DNA of 22,795 nucleotides from Armatimonadota bacterium (GCA_043754515.1 JAYUUO010000283.1:1-22795), one strand, 5' to 3'; shown: positions 9,349 through 20,360, counted from the first letter of the stretch. The notes: generated by a model not told the origin, from the sequence alone. Numbers and translations are program-made.

Positions 9349-10173
9349 ATGACGCTTTCAACCGAGGATTTGACCACGCTCGCAGGCGAGTTTTCCGACA
9401 ACGGCTATGCCGTGGTACGCGCCGTTTTCTCGCCGGACGAGATCGCCGAGATCCGCGACACGTTTATGGAGCAGGCGAAGGACGGGCCGGTAGACGGACT
9501 CAGCGACAAGATCAACGTGAGTGCCGGCCCGGACGACCCGCTCTGCAAGTACCCGCGCATGATGCACCCGCATGTGCACGGCGACAAAGCGATCGGCGCG
9601 GTCGCGATGAAGTATATGTTGGACTCGCGGCTACATGAGCTGCTCGCGGCGATTATGCGCGACGAGCCGACGGCGGCGCAGAGCATGTTCTATTTCAAAC
9701 CGGCCGGCGCACGCGGTCAGGACCTTCATCAGGACAACTTTTATCTTAAAGTCGCGCCGGACACGTGCTACGCGGCGTGGGTCGCGGTAGACGACGCGGA
9801 CGAGGAGAACGGCACGATGATGGTAGTGCCCGGCTCGCATACGCTGGAACTGTTTTGCCCACAGACGTCCGACCCGACGGTTTCGTTCACGAAACATCAT
9901 GTGCCAATCCCCGCCGGTCTGTCGGCGGTCTCGCTCGATCTGAAGGCGGGCGACGTGCTGTTTTTCAATGGCTCGGTGATCCACGGCTCGCTCCCGAACC
10001 GGAGCAAAGACCGGTTCCGCCGCGCCTTTATCTGCCACTACCTGCCCGCGACCAGCACGGAACTTGCGGAGTATTACCCGTCCATGACATTTACGGGCGA
10101 GCGGATCAAGTTCGCGACCGCGACCGGTGGCGGCCCCTGCGGCGAAGCATTCGCGCCCGCCTCGCCGCACTGA
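9349..10173 (+). CDS. Phytanoyl-CoA dioxygenase (PhyH) family Fe(II)/2-oxoglutarate dioxygenase
   Basis: NGYAVVRAVF, FKPAG, HQD iron motif, WVAVDDADEENG, VPGSH, GDVLFFNGSVIHGS and the conserved distal Arg (RFRRA). Confidence 0.93.
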   Translation: MTLSTEDLTTLAGEFSDNGYAVVRAVFSPDEIAEIRDTFMEQAKDGPVDGLSDKINVSAGPDDPLCKYPRMMHPHVHGDKAIGAVAMKYMLDSRLHELLAAIMRDEPTAAQSMFYFKPAGARGQDLHQDNFYLKVAPDTCYAAWVAVDDADEENGTMMVVPGSHTLELFCPQTSDPTVSFTKHHVPIPAGLSAVSLDLKAGDVLFFNGSVIHGSLPNRSKDRFRRAFICHYLPATSTELAEYYPSMTFTGERIKFATATGGGPCGEAFAPASPH

Positions 10174-10178
10174 CCGCG

Positions 10179-11246
10179 CTAATCCCGCCGCGCGTGTAGC
10201 CGACCCCACTCGGCACGCAACGCTTTCGTGGCTCCCCGGAGCACCATCGAAACCGGGGAGCCGTCCGCGAACGCGTCGGCGATGGCGTACAGCGTCCACG
10301 GCGAGAAGTGCCGCTCCTGGGACACGGCGTAGACTGGCTCCCAGCCCTGGGGGTTGAACTTCGTTTTGAACGCCTCCAGCCCGGCGAAGTTATAGAAGCG
10401 TCGCCCGTGCGCCCGAACCCACGCGAGCGCGAGCCGAAGCCAGACCGGGTGCCCATGCGCCGGGTCCCAACTTCGCGAGGCGAGCGGCACTAGGCCCATC
10501 GTCACGTACTCCGCGCCGTCCGCCGCGAGGGCGCGCACCGCGTGGTCTACGAGGAGTTCGATGGTGCCGTTCGGAGCGTCCGCGCCGCGTACGAACTGCT
10601 CAGTCAGCCAGCCGCGCCGCGCGGGAACGGGCGCGGCGTTCAGAAACCCGACCGGGATGCCGCCCCGCTCGGCGACGAAAATCCGCTTGTCTCTCAGGTT
10701 CGCGAGCGTCTTCGGCTCGACCAGGAAATGGAGGGATGGGAGCGGCTTCTGCCCCAGCCATTCGCTTAATACGCGGTGCAGTCCGGGGTCCGTCTCCGCC
10801 TGCCCGGTGCCATACTCGCGCACGACGACGCCTTTGTTGCGGGCGCGGGCGAGTTGCGCCCGAAGCGAGGGGCGCATGGCGGTCGGCGCGTCCCACGTTC
10901 GTGGGTCCCAGACCGGTTGCGCCCCGAGGCTGATCGTGCAGTGGTCGGGGTGCCCGCGAAGGTGCTCGAAGAGCCGTCCCGCCGCGCCGAAGTAGCAGGA
11001 TCGCTCGCGGGCGCGGGCGGTCTCGGCGTTCCACTCGGATAGCACCTCGTCCAGCCGCTCCTCCGCGCAGACCGGCGCCCCGGCGACGACCCGGACGCCG
11101 CCCCGCCGCACGTACCCGATCACGGCGTCACCGCGCCCCGAGAACCAGCGGGTCATGCCGGGGTTCACGATCTGGTACGCAGTCACGTTCCACGCGTGGC
11201 GTTTGAGTAGGGCGTAGGTGATATCGGTTTGGGTTCGGTTAGGCAT
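10179..11246 (-). CDS. DUF2156 / phosphatidylglycerol lysyltransferase C-terminal-like protein, stand-alone
   Basis: VVAGAPVC, LRAQLARARNKGV, RIFVAE...PVGF, RGADAPNGTIELL, FYNFAGLEAFKTKFNPQGWEPVY. Likely start ATG 11246. Confidence 0.85.
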   Translation of the reverse strand: MPNRTQTDITYALLKRHAWNVTAYQIVNPGMTRWFSGRGDAVIGYVRRGGVRVVAGAPVCAEERLDEVLSEWNAETARARERSCYFGAAGRLFEHLRGHPDHCTISLGAQPVWDPRTWDAPTAMRPSLRAQLARARNKGVVVREYGTGQAETDPGLHRVLSEWLGQKPLPSLHFLVEPKTLANLRDKRIFVAERGGIPVGFLNAAPVPARRGWLTEQFVRGADAPNGTIELLVDHAVRALAADGAEYVTMGLVPLASRSWDPAHGHPVWLRLALAWVRAHGRRFYNFAGLEAFKTKFNPQGWEPVYAVSQERHFSPWTLYAIADAFADGSPVSMVLRGATKALRAEWGRLHARRD

Positions 11247-11279
11247 CACGTCACGATACCCGGTTGTGGGGGGCGAAGA

Positions 11280-11780
11280 CTTCCACAACGTTCGCACACC
11301 TGTGAACCCGTTCGCACGCTGAGTCTACCCATGCTTCCCGACGACCTGCACGAGTTGCGGATCGGACCGGAGGCGGACGGGTCTTCTTTAGAGTAGTACG
11401 TGCGCCGCTTCGGGTGGATCGAGGTGTCCGAAAACCCGCTGACGTCGGTTGACACTGGGGGCGAGTCGTGGGCGTGGTTCGTACTACGAGTCAGCGAGAC
11501 GCTGGTGCGGATCGCGCGGGAACAGTGCGGCAAGACGGTAGCCATCCTCTGCCCCGGCGGGGTGATTAACGCCTCGTTTATCCACTTCTTCGGCATGAAC
11601 CCGCACGCCCTCCCGCCTACACAGATGCACACGGCGAATACCTCGCTGACACACTGGACGTACACGCTCCGCAAAGAACGGTGGCTCTGGCGGCTCGACA
11701 CCTACAACGACATCCGGCATCTAGCGGGCTGGGACGCGGACGCGTTCACCCCGCCGGTTGCTAGCGCGGCGAGCGAGTGA
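11280..11780 (+). pseudogene. Histidine phosphatase (phosphoglycerate mutase-like) pseudogene
   Basis: One frame reads LPQRSHTCEP..LSLPMLPDDLHELR..SSLE*YVRRFG..GGESW..FVLRV..GKTVAILCPGGVI..NTSLTHW..WRLDTYNDIRHL. In-frame TAG at 11394-11396, HGG changed to PGG, and no N-terminal RHG motif. Confidence 0.8.
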
Positions 11781-11955
11781 ATTGTGCCTGGCTCTTCGGA
11801 CGCACGTCCCGCGGAAGTGTCGGAGGTGGGGAGTAGGCTTTACGCATGTCCGGGCTGGGCGCGCGGGATCCCGACGAGTGAGGGGAACCTTCGCCGCCTC
11901 CGGGCTGGGCGCGGGACCCCGACGAGCAAGATCAGCCTCCGATTGTGTTTCTCAT

Positions 11956-12138
11956 TAGGAGTTACGCGGTTCGTCAAGGAACGCGGTTTGAAACCCACGT
12001 CATCGGCGAAACAAGTACAGTCAAAACAAGTTTTGACGATTGCCTGTCCAGGCTACCTCGTAGCCGGATGTCGGGTACCCGCTTGCGGGTGGGACGGACA
12101 GATCCGGGCATTCGAAACCGCCAACCGCGTAACTCCTA
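11956..12138. mobile_element. 183-bp MITE-like element with perfect 16-bp terminal inverted repeats
   Basis: TAGGAGTTACGCGGTT (11956-11971) and AACCGCGTAACTCCTA (12123-12138). Flanks TCTCAT/TCCCAT resemble a degenerate target-site duplication. No credible ORF inside. Confidence 0.75.
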
Positions 12139-12144
12139 TCCCAT

Positions 12145-13266
12145 AATAAATGCGACAAGGGGACTCCTTCCTTTAGGTGGCACGGGGAATTGTCGCGTCG
12201 CACGAAGTGCGACATTAGCCGCGAAGCGGCGTCCACCTCCCTGTCACTCCTCATGAACAAGGCTTTTCGTTTCCGTGCATACCCAAACAAGGCACAAGAG
12301 CAGGCTATGACAAGCCTGTTGGAAACACATCGTGGGCTTTACAATTCTGCTTTGTCGTAGCGAAAAAACCGCTATGAATCCGAGCAGAGAACAGTCACCT
12401 ACGGCGAACAATCGGCTCGTCTGAAAATAGCCCGCAAAGCCGATGGTGGTCTTGCTCTGGCTGAACTTCTCGTCTTGGCAGCGGACGCTGAAACGACTTG
12501 ACCACACTTTCCAAGCCTTCTTCCGCCGTGTTAAGTCGGGAGAGAAAGCAGGTTCCCCGCGCTTCGGTGAGTTGGGTCGGTTCGACAGTGTTGATTTCAC
12601 TATCGGCGACGGGGCGAAGCTGACGAAGGAGGGCAAAGCCCGCTTTCAAAATGTCGGCGAAGTCAAACTGAAACTGCATTGCTCCGTCGAAGGCACAATC
12701 AAAACCGCGACGTTCCAACGCCATGCGGGGAACTGGTACGTCGTTTTCGTTGCTGATGCAGAACAAAAAATTATAGAACCCTCGGAAAATTCCCCGGTTG
12801 GTATTGATTTCGGCTTGAAGTCCTTCCTTGTGACAAGCGAAGGCGAAGCCGTTGACGCCCCGAAACTGTATCGGAAGGCACAAGAGAAGCTCCGCCGCTC
12901 TCAAAGAGCGGTGGCACGAAAGAAACGCGGTAGCGCAAATCGAAAGAAGGCGGTTCAAACCCTCGCCAAGATTCACGCACGCGTTGCAAACCAACGCAAA
13001 GATTTTCACCACAAAACGGCTAAAACTTTGGTTGACCGATACGGCGTGATCGTCCACGAAGATTTGAATATCCGAGGCATTGTGCGGCCGCTCCGCCTTG
13101 CCAAGTCTACGCATGACGCAGGTTGGGCGGGGTTCCTGAACATACTTCGGCAGAAGCGCGATAAATATCAAAAGTCGGGCAGGGATACTGCCTTTGCAGG
13201 CTAACGTGGATGATTGCATCATGCGTTCTGCAAGAAGCCTACCCTTTTAGGGGTGGGAGTTGTCAC
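12145..13266 (+). mobile_element. IS200/IS605-family element without tnpA (IS1341-like), degenerate
   Basis: Left-end hairpins at about 12150-12230. Right-end GAAG (13234-13237), hairpin CCTACCCTTTTAGGGGTGGG (13238-13257) and terminal TCAC (13263-13266). Left boundary inferred after CCAT (12141-12144). Confidence 0.8.
12253..13250 (+). pseudogene. tnpB: RNA-guided endonuclease TnpB pseudogene
   Basis: MNKAFRFRAYPNKAQEQ..LYNSAL* (TAG 12358-12360), frameshift near 12455, RuvC-I VGIDFGL, RuvC-II HEDLNI, HDAGW. The sequence then jumps at about 13155 to SAINIKSRAG..RSLPF*, so the zinc finger and RuvC-III Asp are deleted. Confidence 0.92.
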
Positions 13267-13282
13267 TCCTCGCCACCCGTCG
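13155..13282 (+). ncRNA. Predicted TnpB omegaRNA/reRNA scaffold plus guide (guide begins TCCTCGCCACCC after TCAC)
   Basis: Position inferred from the established IS200/IS605 architecture, where the reRNA overlaps the tnpB 3' end and the right end. The 5' boundary is uncertain and may be affected by the deletion. Confidence 0.5.
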
Positions 13283-13289
13283 CCGTGGT

Positions 13290-16200
13290 CTAAGTGAACA
13301 GCCCCGCGATGTCCTCGCGCGTCAGGGTCTTCAGGAAGCCGCCCGCCTCCGCCGTGATCAGTTGCTCCGTGATCGCCCGTTTACGATCCTGTAGCGCGAG
13401 AATCTTCTCCTCCACCGTGTCTCGGGTCAGGAACTTCTGTACGAACACCGGCTTGTCCTGCCCGATGCGGTGCGCCCGGTCCGTCGCCTGACGCTCGGCG
13501 GCGGGGTTCCACCACGGGTCAACGTGTAGCACGTAGTCGGCGGCGGTCAGGTTCAAGCCGACCCCGCCCGCCTTCAGACTGATCAGAAACAGCGGGATCT
13601 CGGGGTCGGTTTGGAAGCGGTCCACGGGCGTGCGGCGGTCCTTCGTCGAACCGTCCAGGTAGACGTATGGGATGCCGCGCGCGTCCAGTTCGGTGCGGAT
13701 GATGTCCAGCATCTTAACGAACTGCGAGAACACCAATGCCTTGTGGTTCTCGGAGCGTAGCGTCTCTATCGTGTCCATCAGCACACCGAACTTCGCCGAA
13801 TCGCCGGTATACGACGGGTCGGCGAGGCGCGGGTGGTTACAGACCTGTCGCAACCGGAGCAAGGCTTCGAGCATTTTCATCTGCCCCTTCCCGGCGAGGC
13901 TACGGTCGGTCTCGGCTTCCTCGATCAAGCCCATGACTTCGGCACGGTACCGGTCGCGCATCTCCTCGTACCGCTTGCGCTGTTCGGGGTCCATCTCGCA
14001 GTAAACGATCTGTTCGGTGCGCGGCGGCAGTTGGGGTGCGACCTGCTGTTTCGTGCGGCGGAGCAGAAACGGCGCGATCATCTTGCGGAGCGTCTGCGCC
14101 GCCGTCTCATCATTATGCTTCTCGATGGCACTGGCGAACTCCTCGCGGAACCGGTCCATGCCGCCTAAGTGGCCGGGGTTCAGGAACGCGAACTGCGACC
14201 ATAACTCCATCGTGCCGTTCTCGACCGGCGTCCCCGTTAGCGTCAGGCGGTGCTCGCAGCTCAGGAGCCGCGCCGCGCGCGCCGACTGCGACGCCGGGTT
14301 TTTGATCGCCTGCGCCTCGTCCAGCACCGCGTAGTGAAAGCGCGTCTTGCGCAGCACCTCAATGTCTCGGAGCATGATGCCGTACGTCGTCAGCACGATG
14401 TCCACGCCCTCGAACGCGGACGGGTCCTTCGTGCGATTGCCCTCGGTATATACGAGCGTCTTCAGGGCGGGTGTGAAGCGGGCGGCCTCGCGCTCCCAGT
14501 TGAACATCAGCGACTTGGGCGCGACCACGATGTCGGGGGCTTTCGCGTGGTCGTTCCCGCCCGACTTGCGGAGCGATAGTAAGAACGACAGCGCGGATAT
14601 CGTTTTGCCAAGCCCCATTTCGTCCGCCAGGCAACCGCCGAAGCCGTACTCGTGCAGGAAGTGGAGCCAGTCGAAGCCCGCCTTCTGGTAGGGGTACAGG
14701 GTCGCTGTCAAGCCCTCGGACGGGAGCGGTACCGACTTGATCGTCTCGAAACTGTGCAACTTCTCGCGCCGCTCGTAAAACTCCGCGTCGGCGTGGAAGT
14801 CGCCCGACTCGTCCGCGAGTGCCTGTTCCAGCAGGAGCGACTGCGTGGTGGACAGCCGCAAGCCGCCGTCCTTCGTCTCCTCGCCGAGCGCGAACAGGAA
14901 GCGGAACCGCTCCACGATCTCCGGCGGGATAACTCCGATGGATCCGTCCGCGAGTTTGACATACTTCTCGCGCCGACGGATCGCCCGCTTCAACTCGCCG
15001 AAGGTCGCCGAGGTTTCGCCGAACGTCAGCAGGGCGTCGAGGTCGAACCAGTCAATCCCGGACGAGACGTTCCACGCGATCTTGGGCTTGTTACGGTTGA
15101 CGCGCACCGACTGTAGTTGCTCGTCACCGTAGACTTCGTAGCCGGACTCGGCGAGTTTCGGGACGTAGTGGAGCAGGAAGTCAATCGGATCAACGCGGGC
15201 GCGGAGCGTGAACGTCCCCGGCTCGTCGTCGCGCTTCAGTCCGAACGTGCTCCCGCCCGTGCCCGAAAGCGTGGAAAACCGTGTCTGCTCCGTGGCCGGA
15301 TCACGTTGCACCCGCCTAAGAACCACGCCTCCGTCGCTGCCCATGCCCCGCTCCAGTGCCTGCGCCGGGAAGGTCGGGTCATACAGATACTCCTGCGTCC
15401 CGTACGCGAAGCGAAGCCCGGCGACGAGGCGGTTGCTCTGCTCGGTCAGATACAGACGCGGGAGCGGCGTCACCAGCTCCGCGTGGGCCTCCTCCCACTG
15501 CACGGCGTCCCCGGCGACCGGGAGCACCTCGGCGAGCGGGATAAGATACCGCTCTACAAACAGCGACTTCCCGGCGTCGGGCACCGTGATCGCCCCTTTC
15601 GCGATCAGCCCGCCGAAAATGTCCGGGGTGTCGGCGGGCATCGGCACCAATTTGTTCTTCGCAGTCAGCAAGTACGAAGGTGATTTAAACGCCCATTTGT
15701 CTTTGTCGGCGGTGAGCGGCACCGGCTTCTCGTCGCTCTCGCCCACCGGGAGCAGCACCGGCGCGACCTCCATGCCGCCCGGCACCGTGTTTACGCGGAC
15801 GCCGGGGCGTAGCACGTTGTCCGCGAGAATGTCAACACGTTGCCGTAGCGGGACCGTCTCCGCACCGTGGTACACCTGCCCGCTACCGACCAGCAGTGCC
15901 AATACCTGCTCGTACAAGCCCGCCGGGATCGAGCCGTAGTAGTAGCCGTAGCCGCCGAGCGAGGCGACCGCGCCGAGCAGACCCGCCGCCTGCCGCTCGC
16001 CGGATGTCGCGTGGGGGAACCGGGATGCGTCCACGGTGCGAACCCCGGTCGCGTCGCGCTGAAGCTTCTCGCTCCGTATGAACTTCGCCATCGCGTCCGG
16101 CGTCGCGACCGGCTCGCCCGTGTCCTCGGACCAGAACTCGGCGGGGAATGACTTGGCGGGGAGCGAGTACGGGTAGACGCCCCACCGATCCGACGACCGT

Positions 16201-16655
16201 TCTTGCAAAGAGAAGAAGAGGAGATGACGCTGGGAGGGGGGGCGTTTCGTGGGGGGGGCTTCTTTAGTGGTCGCCAGTTCGCCGAACACGGATTCGAGTT
16301 CGCGCTCCCAAGCGTCTGCCGGCTTGGCCGCGATTTCACTCTCCGCTTTGCCACGCATGTGGTCGGTGAGTACCTGCACGGAGGCCAGGATGTGGGCGCA
16401 GATGTAGCCGTTTTTGAACGCCTCGCACTCGCATTTGAACTGGACACGGCCGTTGCCGACGACCTGCAACGCGACCGAGAATATGGCGGCACTGGCACGC
16501 ACCAGGAAGTGGGCGGTCGAGGCGGACATCGCGAGGAGTTTAACGCGGTCGCTCTTGCGCAGAGATTCCGCGGCGCGGACGACGCTCATGTCGGCGTCGC
16601 GGTCGAGTCGTAAACGTTGCAAAAGGTCGGCGGAGAGGGGAGTGTTTTCTGACAT
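13290..16655 (-). CDS. SWIM zinc-finger SNF2-family helicase/ATPase
   Basis: SWIM CECEAFKNGYICAH, LYPYQKAG, CLADEMGLGKT, VLDEAQAIKN, LTGTPVEN, ALVFSQF, LKAGGVGLNLTAAD, WWNPAAERQATDRAHRIGQ. Likely start ATG 16655 with TATAAT at 16668-16673 on the minus strand. Confidence 0.95.
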   Translation of the reverse strand: MSENTPLSADLLQRLRLDRDADMSVVRAAESLRKSDRVKLLAMSASTAHFLVRASAAIFSVALQVVGNGRVQFKCECEAFKNGYICAHILASVQVLTDHMRGKAESEIAAKPADAWERELESVFGELATTKEAPPTKRPPSQRHLLFFSLQERSSDRWGVYPYSLPAKSFPAEFWSEDTGEPVATPDAMAKFIRSEKLQRDATGVRTVDASRFPHATSGERQAAGLLGAVASLGGYGYYYGSIPAGLYEQVLALLVGSGQVYHGAETVPLRQRVDILADNVLRPGVRVNTVPGGMEVAPVLLPVGESDEKPVPLTADKDKWAFKSPSYLLTAKNKLVPMPADTPDIFGGLIAKGAITVPDAGKSLFVERYLIPLAEVLPVAGDAVQWEEAHAELVTPLPRLYLTEQSNRLVAGLRFAYGTQEYLYDPTFPAQALERGMGSDGGVVLRRVQRDPATEQTRFSTLSGTGGSTFGLKRDDEPGTFTLRARVDPIDFLLHYVPKLAESGYEVYGDEQLQSVRVNRNKPKIAWNVSSGIDWFDLDALLTFGETSATFGELKRAIRRREKYVKLADGSIGVIPPEIVERFRFLFALGEETKDGGLRLSTTQSLLLEQALADESGDFHADAEFYERREKLHSFETIKSVPLPSEGLTATLYPYQKAGFDWLHFLHEYGFGGCLADEMGLGKTISALSFLLSLRKSGGNDHAKAPDIVVAPKSLMFNWEREAARFTPALKTLVYTEGNRTKDPSAFEGVDIVLTTYGIMLRDIEVLRKTRFHYAVLDEAQAIKNPASQSARAARLLSCEHRLTLTGTPVENGTMELWSQFAFLNPGHLGGMDRFREEFASAIEKHNDETAAQTLRKMIAPFLLRRTKQQVAPQLPPRTEQIVYCEMDPEQRKRYEEMRDRYRAEVMGLIEEAETDRSLAGKGQMKMLEALLRLRQVCNHPRLADPSYTGDSAKFGVLMDTIETLRSENHKALVFSQFVKMLDIIRTELDARGIPYVYLDGSTKDRRTPVDRFQTDPEIPLFLISLKAGGVGLNLTAADYVLHVDPWWNPAAERQATDRAHRIGQDKPVFVQKFLTRDTVEEKILALQDRKRAITEQLITAEAGGFLKTLTREDIAGLFT

Positions 16656-16869
16656 GAGCAAGGATAGATTATACCCCGCATGTGAGGGAAAAGCCGAGCC
16701 GAGGGACACACCGTGACTGTTCAGGGTTACCAAAGTGAAGTTCATGGGAGCTCGGCAGCCTGCCACCGCTGTGCCTGCGCCAGCATCCGCCGAAGTGTCC
16801 CGCGAAGGACGTGGCATCGCCGTGCTCTTTTTCGATAGCGTCCGCGGGCGGTAGCCCGATAACCGACGT

Positions 16870-16899
16870 TTGCGGCGGGGGCGTCCGGGCCGGTACAAT
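16870..16899 (+). promoter_or_regulatory. Sigma70-type promoter for uvrA
   Basis: TTGCGG (16870-16875), 18 bp, TACAAT (16894-16899). Confidence 0.55.
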
Positions 16900-16912
16900 G
16901 AACGCCGCGAGG

Positions 16913-16924
16913 GAACGAACGTTC
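16913..16924. promoter_or_regulatory. LexA (SOS) box, GAAC-N4-GTTC type
   Basis: GAACGAACGTTC lies between the -10 box and the uvrA ATG. It matches the Bacillota/Actinomycetota/Chloroflexota LexA core, and uvrA is a classic SOS gene. Confidence 0.75.
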
Positions 16925-16945
16925 GCCCCCGCTGTCTTTAACGTT

Positions 16946-19891
<2,946 letters not shown>

Positions 19892-19917
19892 CCGGGGATG
19901 AGCTTACACTTCTTCGC

Positions 19918-19945
19918 TTGATTTCGTACGCTCCCGATGTATAAT
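19918..19945 (+). promoter_or_regulatory. Near-consensus sigma70 promoter
   Basis: TTGATT (19918-19923), 16 bp, TATAAT (19940-19945). Confidence 0.7.
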
Positions 19946-19951
19946 AAGCAC

Positions 19952-20014
19952 AATAGAACCCGCCAAGGCTATGGACGCAAGTCTATCCTCAAAGTGTGCG
20001 GGTCACTTTTTTTT
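19952..20014 (+). ncRNA. Candidate Abi_2/AbiF-associated structured RNA (leader or RNA antitoxin) ending in a U8 tract
   Basis: ACCCGC/GCGGGT outer stem, AGG/CCT, and an ATGGAC-GCAA-GTCTAT GNRA hairpin, followed by T8 (20007-20014). It lies between the promoter and an Abi_2 remnant. Confidence 0.55.
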
Positions 20015-20030
20015 GTAGCTAAATGCGTTT

Positions 20031-20360
20031 CCCTTCAACAAGCCCGTCACGACTCACGACCAACAGATGGCACTTCCTACAGATATACTGGGGTGCGGAG
20101 TAATGATGTTGATTAAGCGAAGTTTTGTTGACAGCACCTGAGCTATCGCTGGTTAGTTGCTTATGGTTGCCGCTTCAGGCTGATCACGGTGCGCATCAAC
20201 TCGGCGTAGGTACAACCTTCGCTGACATGTCGAACTTGTATACTTTTGACAACGGTTTAATACTCCTCTTAATGGATACGGTAGGGGGTTTTGGGATGTC
20301 TGCCTGGAGTCGTCACTTGTCAGTTCGGGGCGGATCCGCTACGCGCGGGGTCGCAGACGG
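20031..20360 (+). pseudogene. Abi family (Abi_2, AbiD/AbiF-like HEPN toxin) N-terminal remnant
   Basis: Pieced across frames: PFNKPVTTHDQQMAL / GVRSNDVD*AKFC*QHLSYRWLVAY / WLPLQADHGAHQLGVGTTFADMSNLYTFDNGLILLLMD. This matches the Abi_2 pattern K..TT..QQ..LL..RG...D...A...L..INYYRL.AYW..F.....F..GT.F.D...LY.FD..LR.L..D. Confidence 0.8.

Noticed and set aside
11394..11396. TAG read-through or recoding (in-frame TAG here and at 12358)
   Set aside because: Both genes have additional lesions, TAG terminates intact genes (leuS, prfA, osmC), and RF1 is present.
12443..13204. 253-aa ORF as a domesticated nuclease-dead TnpB (TldR-like) or miniature Cas12f
   Set aside because: The N-terminal region is cut off by a stop and a frameshift, RuvC-I and RuvC-II residues are unchanged, and IS ends remain. 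This fits decay, not domestication.
16656..16945. N-terminal extensions of the SNF2 (to 16898) and uvrA (from 16811) ORFs
   Set aside because: They would overlap each other and cover both promoters and the LexA box.
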